From assembly GCA_049472355.1 (NCBI GenBank), contig JBLIRP010000003.1, positions 2,636 to 66,635 on the forward strand: a DNA stretch of 64,000 bases. Reading direction: 5' to 3'. Shown here piece after piece: positions 18,541 to 30,500 of the stretch. The position numbers and the translations under genes were made by a program. How positions within the stretch are numbered: position 1 is the stretch's first letter; each line of letters starts with the position of its first letter. The stretch is from a bacterium (GTDB lineage: Bacteria > SZUA-182 > DTGQ01 > JAFGSM01). The notes below the pieces were generated by a model. The model made no database searches. It had not been told where the DNA came from and was given only the letters and a program-made list of their open reading frames with translations.

Positions 18541-21500
18541 CTAATTCCCTTGATCATGAGGCACGATGACCTGTGTCTCGAATGTATATCCACCTGAGCA
18601 GTCCGAAGCCGTCACCGTGATGGTATAGGTCCTGCCTTGAGAAGGCCCTGTCCTCTCGCTTCGAAGATTCAGGCTCAGATCCCCGGTTATCACGTAATCC
18701 GGTTCGAAGTCGTTTTCATCATAGACGATCTCGCCATACGTCTCACTCCCCTCCTGATCACTGTACTCGGAAATGCTTACGGAGGTAATGCTGACAGACG
18801 TATCCGGGTTGCGCATTGTCAGTCCGGAGACATCAATAGTAATGGGAACCATCTCGTGGTTCGGCGGCCAGAGGGTCTCTTTTGAGGGACAAATATCACC
18901 TGTGATCGGCCGGTTGTCACAAGGATCGCAGACATCGCCAATGCCGTCCCCGTCCGTATCCATTTGATCAGGGTTCGGCGTATCAGGACAGTTATCCTCT
19001 GGATCAGGCACATCATCAAGATCGGAGTCAAGCAAGGCGACCACGTAAAAAGAAAAGCTGTCTACGGATGATGTGAGGGTATTCAGAATCAGATCTTGAA
19101 CAGCCGGTTCCAATTCCCACTGCATGCCGTCAACAGAACGGAACACACCCAGGCTTTCTTCGTCTGCATTGGCGGGCTCCTCATATACCAAAGTAAGGTC
19201 CACAGGACCCGAGAGAGGATAAGATGCCGTAATATCGTAAACACTGGTTGAGGCAGTAAGGGTCTCAGGCACCAAGAAGCCTACATTCGTCTGGCTCGGA
19301 TCATAGCCGGTTATGGCAAGGACCGTATTCTTCAGAACTGCATTTTCCGGGACTTCGATGGTCACCGTTTCCGATTGGTTAGTGACGCCACCACCTCCTT
19401 GGCCGACCGTTGTAACACCGGATTGAACCGGGATACAGATGTCTGTGGGACTATTCGGACATGGATCACACACATCACCCTGATCGTCACCGTCGATATC
19501 GGATTGGTCGGGATTCGCAACATCAGGGCAATTATCTAAGTAATCCGGTCTGCCGTCATTGTCACTATCTTGAATCTCTACAACAACTATACTCGAGGGC
19601 ACAGGAGCTGTTAGACCATCGGATGCATACACATAACATGAATATTCCCCAGGTTCGTAAAGAGTGACGAAGCATTCATAGCTTTTACCATCCGCATAGT
19701 TTGTATCGTCAGGGTCCTTCTCATACATTATGTATGGATTTACACTGATTGGTTCACCATCCTTGAATATCACGACCTTGAGATGATTCTCTAAAGGCGG
19801 ATGGTTATCGATATCTGTGTATGATACTACGAAGGTAACGTATTCTCCTACTGAGGGAGTGATAACTGCCGGGGGTGATACAACTGGCGGCTTATCCTTC
19901 ACCACATCAAATTGAACCCCGCCAATTTTTTCCCTATCAATATATGAAGTCACTTCAAAGGTACGGGTCTCGCCCGTTTCTGCATATGGAGGTGCAACGA
20001 CTGTGATGATGGCTGTTTGGGTCTCACCCGGACCCAGGACTTGGGGATACTCCCGGTCTATTCTCGTTCCCCAGGGTGACGACCCGTCGATTTGAAATAA
20101 TTCCAGATAGACTAAGCCTGGCTGCTCGAAGGGATTCGTTACATCCAGAGTAATCACTCCGGGTGAATCAATCGGCTCCACATGCGTATTTTCCTGACCC
20201 TTGTTGTTATCCAGATTGCAATCCCAAGGATGATCGATCTCAACAACAATGCAGACATGACCGTCCGTTGTGGGTACCCATTCCACGCTTGCCTCCACTG
20301 GGCCAGGTTGTGCAGAAGGCACGTCCACGGGGACAGTATCTATGTGATTCCAGGTCTTTTGACCGGTACCCCACAAGGCCCACTTAAAGGTCACTTGCGT
20401 ATCATCAGCCTTTACGAGCCGTGAATTATAAATGTCTGCCTTTATGGTGTAGGTGGTTCCTTGCATGAGATCTGCGGAGGATACGACCACATCTCCTTCA
20501 TATAACTGTATGCTCGGGCTATCCCATACACAATCACCCGAGGCATCCAGATTCCATGTTGCGGGATCCCATTGACTGTAGGAATAAGGGTCCGGCAAAG
20601 GCTCATCCGGTAATACCCTAAAGACTGCCACGGCATCTCGATGGGTTTCCTGACCCTCAGCAACTACATTGGTTGGCCCCTCAGGTGCATCGGGCACAGT
20701 AAAGTTCAAACCGACGAGGTTCCCAAAAATTGATGATGCAGAACCGATCGATATGTCGCCAAATTTGATATCCACTGTTTCGGAGAAACCAAAACCGCTA
20801 CCTGCTATGATAAGGGGAATACCTTCCGACCCAAGGTCAGGTGACAGAGTAATATGTGCGCCATTATCCGTTACTGTAATCTGGCCTTCATAGGGGAGAC
20901 AATTATGGTGGGTTACTGTGATATACATGTCTCCCCCAGTGGATGGCGTAATCCGAAAGATGGCATTTCCGCTGGGGTCCGTATATTCAACCTTACGGAC
21001 GTCGTCTTCCTTCAGCAGACTGACCGCGGCAAAATGTACCGGGCCGTCTGCGTCCGTGACATTCACCACGAACTCCTGTGATCCATGTAATCCATCGGAT
21101 CCTATTCTTGACGGATGATTCACCGTAAGGGCCTTGGGCTGTTCCGTCCATATCGACATCTCCGGATCGCCGAATAGATGGAATTCCTCTAACGTCGTAA
21201 GTTCTATTTTTGGATCACCCCACCAAGGTTTCGGAGTCACGGCCATATGGACCTTCCCATAGGTATGTATCTGGCCAAGCTCAAAAATGGCCCCCGTACT
21301 CATGGTAGGATCAAAATCAGGCCACATCGCATCGTAGAAGCCCCTTATGAGATCGTCGTTATATCCGCTGTAACTATTCCTCGTAGCGCCGAATACGGCT
21401 ATCGCGCCTGTTTGATGCCTGAGAAGTTGCTCGCAGAAACACTCATAGTTCCAGGTATACCGATCTGTTTCGCCATCAAACCAGCCGCTTTGACAGCATA

Positions 21501-24500
21501 TACTGAATACCACGGGTAATCGGTCGGGGTTTGAAAATGCGGTAAAATCATCTGTGGTGAATCGGGGATTATCCCATCCATCAAACCATCCTTGGATTCC
21601 TGAGACATGATCCCAAAAATTTCGGGACAGTCCGTGATCTCGAAAATTCATAATAAGCCTGCCGTCTTGAATGGCATTGGTTATATCCGCTGTGTTGCCG
21701 TTCCAGGGAAAAGGTGGCTGTAATGCATCGGGGAGGGGGAGCCCGGCATCGTAATCGCCATTATTGTAGTTTGTGGGAATTAAGGCGGAGTTTGTGCAGT
21801 AGATCCTTTCTACCGAATACCCCTCGCCCACCAGCAGATCACGTATTTCCTCGGAGGTCAAAACGAAACGCCTGTCTTCGAAACCATCTAGCTCATTGAT
21901 CGTCGGGGTCTCGGGATAGTCTTGGTCCTGAAAGAATGCACATGCCGATATATTTGCATAGAAATCGGCATCATTCGTGGGATTACGTTCATAGTCCAGG
22001 ATCTTATTCACTATGGTAGTGGTTTGCGCCACACTATCAACCGAAATTCTCCCCACAAAGACATCCGGGAAACGGTCACTCCCATCGAGTGTGCCATAAT
22101 ACAAATCCGTGGCTATGTCGAAACCTCCATGCATGTCGCTCGGGTGGGGGGTTCGATAATGTGGCGGGATGAATTCGGCATCCCCAACCAGCAGTATATA
22201 GGTAGGGGGGGGATTCCAGGTGTTGTAAGCGTTCTGGAGATAATTCGTGATATCATCCGCGGTGATGGGGAGCGTGGCAATGCTGCTCGTGTCCACGATC
22301 TCCGTCCTTAATCCCTTCCGCTCCTTCCAGTCTGCCAGTGGCTGGAGCGCAGTAACGAAGCTATTGTCCGTGATGATCAGATAATCCACACTTGGACTCC
22401 CGATCTCCTTATATATTCGTGTAGGATACCGATCAGCGGGTTTATAGTTCAAGATAAAGGATTCGCACAGGGCTTCGAAGGCCTTAGCTTCAAGCCGTTC
22501 CTCAATACCCTGTATCTGTGCGGGTTTATCATAATTGATCCTCACCTCGATCTTCGGGTATACCTTTAGCTGTTGGGTCACCGGATTAAATTGCACGGGG
22601 AAGAAGACAATGGGAATGATTCTATGTCCCCTTATGATTATAGGTTCACCGATCGAGACACTCTTGGGCGGATAGAATTCATTCTTTGAATAGACCTCAT
22701 TGTCTTTGAAGAATTCTATCTCTCTCGCCATCCCTTCGGGTACGGCCATATCTATACGAGGCTGCTGGACAGGATAGACATTGTACCCCTCCCATATGGC
22801 AGGGACTGCGTATAATATCTCCACGGTTACATCAACGTCATAAGGGATTTCCAGATATCGTCTAATGACAGGAAGCCTCGGGCTTCCAATGGTGGTTGTA
22901 TGAAAGGCATGCGGTATATCCAGTCTATGATATACCTCACCGTCCACACGGATATTCGTCCTATACATACCCGGAAAATCGGAATCAAGGGCTATCCCTG
23001 TGGTATCCGAGGATTTGAGTGTTATCGAATGCAGATCATCAGCGGCGTCAGGTATAAACGGGGTCCATACTCGCGGTGGTTCAACGGTATAGGCATTGTA
23101 GCGCATAGCTTGTCCGCCGTCCGGGTTCGTGACAATGATATGATAGGTGCCCTCGGCAAGACCTGCAGGCACTAGGAACCTCATGCAGTCCGGGTCAATA
23201 AATTCTACCGGACTAATGGGTATGGTCTCACTGCCTCCTTCGGGCACAAAGTCCACCTGGGGCCCGGGCGGCCCAGGTTGGAAGCCTCCCCCTGAAATCG
23301 TTACCCATGTGGATACCGTGTTGGCCCACGCCGATGGATTTACCTCAAAGATAGAAAATGCCTGGCATCCGAAGGCATTTTCAAAAGCCTGATTGGCAGA
23401 GAAAAGAGAATCCTGGAGCCACTCCAAATCAGGGAGTGGAAGATAACTATAACCCACAGGTAGGCTGATTGGATTGGGTAAGCCTGTAATGGGATCCAAT
23501 AAATATGGAGGCGGCCAGGGGTTAAGGCCGTAAATATCATCATAATAGTATATGCCGTCTGGCGTATAATAAGACCACCAAGGTTTAACCTTATAAGGGT
23601 CCCAGACGAGGGCAGGCACCGAGAGGATGGTGTCAGTCGTAAACGAGTCGATCAAAGGTGTGGGGATGCCTGTGACAGGATCCGGCGGCGAAAGGATGGG
23701 TGACCATCCAGACCAGAGAATATTGTAGGGCGGCAGTGCGAACCAGCGGTAATTTTTGTCGGGCGGCATTGAGAATAAGCGAAGGAGCAAGCTTTCTTCA
23801 TCCAGGTAGATTGTGGGCAGATTGCGAATCGAGGCATTGACCGGGCCTATGCATGTGAAAGATGCCCCATCCGGGCCGTTTCCATTCCATTGAAGTGAGA
23901 TGGTATGCTCTTCCCCCTCGACGGTCACAGTGATCGTGATCTCATCTGTCCCGTTCCAGATATAGTCAGCAACAGGGAAGGTCAGATCCGCCTCCCCGTC
24001 CCAGGGATCGTCTACTGACTTTATGACCGGGACAATAAGAAGCCCCACTTCCCCCTCCGAGGTTGTTCTGAAGGGAATAATGGGATATCGCACGTCTGTT
24101 CCATCCCAGTACACCGGGATCACCATAAGATCAAGGACCGTGTGATTGGCCGTATCCCAGAAAAGGGGCATCACCCGGATGAAGAGGTCCTCAGCAGGAT
24201 TGACAGGATAAAATTTTAGCATCTCCTCAGAAATACCAATAGCGGAATACCCCATAAAGGGCACAATCCGAAAGGAGGCATCCCCCTGAGGCTCCCAGGA
24301 AAAGGTGATCTGCGCGTCATCCGCAAGCGGATCCGATGAAAAGAACACATTGGGCTCATACGGGCGGGCCATAAAAAGCCGATCCCTGGAGATGAAAAAC
24401 CCCGCCTGATCCGCCAGGGAAAGCCTGAGGGATGATTTTACCGTTGAATCCCAGGTGATGAAGCTAAAGGGATCCTCCCACGTAGGGACCATAAACTCAT

Positions 24501-27500
24501 ATTCCGCGGTCCTGTCCGGCCATTCGAAGGAGAGCTGGAGCATTCTGTCTACGCTATCATAAGTGTACTGCAATGATACAGGGGTTATGGGTTCAGAGAT
24601 TGGTGGGTCAAAGATGAGCCTCATCCCGTCTTCAACCTCCCCCCATCGGATCGGAATCGCTGGAAATGCGGTATCTTTATACGGGTCCCATTCAAACGCT
24701 GCAAGCAAGATGACGGGTCCCTGGGGTTCCTCAGTAAGGGGCACAAACGGGGGGTAAGGGGAATATTGAACAGGTGGATTCTCCCAATCCATTTCTACCG
24801 GCACCATGGCCAGGTAGTAAGGCGCATCGGGATCATCCGAAAGTCCCAGCACCGGGAAGTCGCATTTGTCATACTCGTAGCCAATGGGCATGGTCGGGAA
24901 AAAGATATAACCACCCGGGCCGCCCATGAAGCCGATATCCAGCCCGACCATGGGATCAAAGGAAAAGGCGATCTGACTCAGGCACTGCACGGTTTCCATG
25001 ACCCCGTACTGGCCGCCAACAGCGTGAGAAAGCGCCGGGAAGCTGGTATCCCCGAAATCCTCGGGCCATTCCGAGGGGGGCCTTACGAACCGTATCTCAA
25101 CATTAAAACGGATGGGATCCCCGGCGGAAATAGCCATATCGTAGATATCACCGCTATTGAGCGGATGGCTGAACTCGTAAACCGTTACGCCGCTGCTGTT
25201 GGAAAATGCCCCCCTGCCGTTTCGGGTGCCCCCCTGCTCGGTGTCGCTGACCGTACATATACACTCCGGTGCACAGGGGCACAGATCCGGATCCGTGGTC
25301 CTTGCCTCATCCAGAAATCCGATCTCTTCGATCTCCGGATTATAGAGGATCAGGTCATCAGGGGGCTCGATCACCCCATCTTTATCAAAGGAGATGCTGG
25401 CGCTGTTCCCCACATCCGCATGGTTGGCCCAGATCGCGATATAGAGATTGAATGCATCATTCATGACCAGCATGCCACCATCCACTGTGCCGCCGCCCGG
25501 GATATTCACCGGGAAATCCTGGCTGGCGGCATAATCCCATTCCCCCTCATCCAGAACCCCGTCGATGCTGGGTGAGCCGCAAACACTGTGAAGGACCACG
25601 TTGTCACTGTCACACGTATCACCTATTCCATCCCCATCCGTATCCGCCTGGTCAGGATTGGGTACATCGGGACAGTTATCACAGACATCCCCTATGCCAT
25701 CACTGAGATAACCATAGCCTGCTAATCCATTCTGATAATGCTGCAGTATTTCCTCCGCTGTCAATGCCCTGTCGTAGATTGCTACTTCATCGATGTGGCC
25801 ATTGAAGACAAATCCGAATTGTTGAGGATCGATCATCTTAAGCGCGCCAATCGTTAATGGCGCAGGGATATCTACGGTTTGATTCTCATATGATTGAGAA
25901 CTATCAAACTGACCGTTTATATAGATTCTCTTCTCAGAGGCATCATAGGTAGCGACAACATGATACCATGTATGTGTTGATAAATGGGTGCGGGATACCA
26001 AATTGGTCCATCCTGCACCATTCGATGTGTGAAAATTGATCTGATTGCCGGTTGCACCTCCATACCCGACACCGAAAACCTCCATGCCATAAGTATGGGT
26101 TAGACTAAATTGTTTTGAAATAATGCGCTTTTGAGTATTTCCAAGATCCTGATTCAAATAAATCCAGGCCTCAAGAGTAAAAGTTGGATTATTTAGGGTG
26201 GGCGAGTCAGGAACTTCGATATAATCATCTATACCGTCAAAGCTGAGAGCAGTCAGGCTTCGGCCATCAGTCCATAGTGGATCATTTAGCAAGATGCCAT
26301 GGTTTGAATTAATAGAATCTGCTGCTGTTGTTCCTGCCCCTTCATCCAACTTCCAGTAAGAAACCAAATCGGTTGCTTGGGTGCCGTCCGTATCCGCCTG
26401 ATCAGGATTGGGTACATCAGGGCAGTTATCTATGTAATCCGGCACGCCATCACCGTCTGTATCCAGATGGATGGTCAGGGGGGAACTGCATACCTCACTT
26501 CCATCCTCTACCCCGTCATGAGGAGTTACGCAGGCCTCCCATGAATCACCACCAGTGGTCTCCTGACTCACAATCGTGTCTTTCTGGCCTTGATACAGGG
26601 CCTGAATCTGTTCGGCAGACAAGGCCCTGTTGTATACTCTTACTTCATCTATGATCCCTTCGATATGATAATCTCCAAGCAATGTTTCCAGTCTTCCTAT
26701 CCGCACCTCATGCGTCAAACTTTCTGGCAGGTCCTCAAACCAGTGTCCATTGTTCACGCCATAAGCTACAGTCAAGGTCTCTTCAATGCCGTCAGTATAC
26801 AGCTTGTATTCGAAACCATCAGATGTGACCACCACATGGTGCCAGCCTGGGCCCAAGGCTGTAATAGTGTGGATCAAGACATTATCAGTATGGCCGCCTA
26901 TATAATGCTGAAAATAAAGATTGTATATGTCACTGACTCCAAAACTCATATAGCTCTTTGAATCAGGCACAGATGACGAAAATATGACATCACCAGCAGC
27001 ATTGTCGCAGTTTATCCACGCCTCAATCGCGCCTGTAGACTCAGACATATAGAGGTTCTGGCCTACCTGTATATAATCATTGCGACCGTCAAACTTATAT
27101 GCCCCTTCAAGCGAGTCATGCCCGCCTTGCCTTTCCCACCTGGCCCCGTGGACTGTTCCATGATTCCCGGCCGGGCTGTAGTCCTTTGTCCAGTCTGCCA
27201 TACTCAAGGCGCTATCGGCCTTAAACGGCATGTTCAGTAAGGTGATAGGAATATCGTTCATGTACCAATTGATAATATGATCCACGGGATTTCCATCCGC
27301 ATCAGATGTAGTGCATGTGACTGTCAGATCGTCATCATCTGTTGCAGAGACTGGGCCTAAGGCCACATCAGAGACAACAGGCGGGTGGTTGTTGATGCCC
27401 AGATGGATCTTCACTGTATTGCTGCATACTTCAGGGCCATCATGATTTCCATCATTAGGGGTGACGCAGGCAGTCCAGTATTCTGCGGCCCTTGTCTCAT

Positions 27501-30500
27501 GCTTTACTATGGTGTCATAGCCCTTTTGGAAATTTTCCAAGACCTGCTCTGCTGACAATGGCCTATCATACATCCTCACTTCATCGATCATGCCGTCGAA
27601 TTGATAGTTGCCATTGACGTTCTGAAACCTGCCTATCCTAAAATCATGTGTCACGGGCGTGTGTAAGCTGAAGTGCCCGAACCATCTGCCATCATTCTCA
27701 CCGGTAGCTACGGTCAAGGGCACTTCCTGCCCATCTATATATATCTTATATTTATCGCCGTCTGAGGTGAGTATGACATGACTCCACTGCCCGGCCTGCA
27801 GATGCTCATTCGTGGCAATCATATTATTGTATGCTGGCGGCACATACAACTGGACATAAAGCCCATAGCTCGGATGCAAGCCGAAACATAGCGAGCTTTT
27901 TGAATCAGAGACTGAATGAGATATTATAGGATCAACGTGATTTATGCTGTCGCGCTTTATCCATGCCTCTATGGACCCCTGAAACTTATCCTCGAAAAGG
28001 TCCTGGCCGACCTGGATGTAATCATCGACGCCGTCGAAATCATAGGCCCCGGAGCCATCAGGGCCGCCCGTGCTGTTCCATACAGCCCCATACACCACGC
28101 CATTATTTGCGAGTTGGCTGTAATCTTTGGCCAGGGTCGCTTCACTGCCTCCGTTGGCCTCAAAAGGCATGTTCAGGAGAGATGTCGGGTTCCAGTTAAT
28201 GATAGCCTTTGCCCCTGGAGGAAGAGGTGGGTAATCAACTACCAGATCGTCATACGTCGTGGCAGGGTCAGGTGAAATCTCAGGGGGATAGGATGAAGGA
28301 TCGGTTGGATCAGTCCCCATCTCGACCTCAATGCCATCATTGAATCCGTCGCCGTCAGTGTCAGGATTGTCGGGATCTGTACCGTTGTCATATTCCTCTC
28401 CATTGGTGAGGCCATCTGCATCTTGTTCCGAGTCGGCATTGGCCCTGGTAAAATCCGTACCCCATGTCACCTCCCAGGCATCCGGTATACCGTCATAGTC
28501 AGTATCCCCGGATGGATGAAAATTGATAATTGGTTTAGAGCGTACCGCAAACCCGCCGTCAGAATTTCTCACCTGCAGGCCGTAATAGCCCGGAGGCAAT
28601 TCGGACGGAATATTAAATGCAAAGGTCTCGGAATCAATATAAGTTACCGTTTCAATTGTTATCGGAAAAATTATCTTATAGATGCCTGTTCCATTAACCA
28701 CAAAGGCCTGATTGCCTTGTACAAAGAGATCCGTTACAGTGCCGTCGGGTATATCATTTTTGTATATTTGTTTGAATAGTTGATCACCATCCGGATCCTC
28801 GACACCTGCGACCTTGATCCCAAATTCACCACCTAAAATAACACATGGAGGTGCTCCAAAACCGGCAAGGTCAATACTCGTGGCCGTATCTTCAGTATTG
28901 AGTGAGCTCAGAATAAAAGGGCTTGCAGGATTAGAAATATCTATCACCTGGAGCCCTGAATCACCGGCGGCCACATAGGCATAGGAGCCTTCAACCGCAA
29001 CATCATAGGCTATATCTGGTGTAATGCAGGTGCCCACAATAAAAGGATTCATTGGATTGGAAACATCAATCACCTGGAGTCCTGACAGTCCGTCAGCCAC
29101 ATAGGCATAGGAGTCGCTGACAAATACCCTATTGGCAAAATCCGGGGTAGAGACCGAGCCAACGAGGGTCGGATCTGCAGGATTGGAAATATCTATAATA
29201 GCAAGGCCTGTATCTCCATCAGCAATATGGGCGTATGAACCTCCAATAAAAATCCCACTCGCCATACCTGTGGTTTCACAGGATCCTATGAGCACAGGAC
29301 TGGCCGCATCCTGTATATCAATCACCTGGAGCCCTGCCTGTCCATCAACCACATAGGCATAATTGCCTGAGACAGCAACATACTTGGCATAGCCAGGGGT
29401 ATCACATGAGCTCTCAACCCTAAATTCTTCGCCCTTGATATTGACTATTGATAACCCTGAGTACCCATTAGCCACAAAGGCATAATCGCCACTGACATAG
29501 ATCCCGCTGGCCTGTGCCGGAGAGGGAGTGCCCTCCCCTAATTCTCCATAGCGGGCAAGATATCCTCCGTACCCTGAAGGTACTCCGATTCCCCATTGTT
29601 TTGTAGGCCGAAGGGCCACCTCAGGTGTCAAAAAATTCTGACCGGATACCGTTACAATGGGAGATTCTCCCCAAGGCACATTGAGAGGATCAACGGAAAG
29701 GATGGACACAGGCAGGCAGTTATAGGTGGTCTGATACACCTGGTCAGCTATAGCCTTGATCTGGTTAAACTCTGCTTCATCAATAGGAGGCCTTAAGCCA
29801 ACATCAGGCGGCAGGTCAAGGGGAATAGGATTACCCTCCGGATCGGTAAATCCCGGGGGCGGGTAGGGAAGAAAAGTATCTGTATCCAGGTCAAAGTAAG
29901 CAAGTCCTCCACCATAGTCCATAGACAGATTATAGACAATAACAACAAATCCCCAAGGATCAATCGGATCATCCGAACTAGTACCCACCATCACAGGCGC
30001 CGCCTGCAGTGGTACGGCGCTCCATTTAGGCAGTTCATTAAGAGGGGGACACTTACGGTTGGAGAAAGGATCAGGCGGTGAATAGACGTTAAGGGTCATA
30101 GGCCACAGAAAACCATAAGGAGGCATAGGATGCCAGTTTTCTGAAGCATACTCATAAGCTCCCATATCGGTCCTGGGGATTCCATCACCATCACCGTCCC
30201 AGGGCCGCCTGTTCCCATTTATATCAGTGTAGAGTGTAGACCGCGGATCACCCATATCAATACAGGGAGAATGAGGACTAAGAGAAAAATCTCCCCATAC
30301 CCGACCGTTAAATAAAGGATCAACATTTATATTATTACTACCTTGGAATCCGCCTTGAATATCAGAATAGGTAACTGAAGGAAATTCCCCAGGAAATTCC
30401 CCCATCCCTGTCCCTGCTAGTGTGATTGCACCATGAGAATTATTCCATATAATACAATTTGTAATGGTTGCAGTTGTCAAAGAAGGAAAGGCGCAATCTA

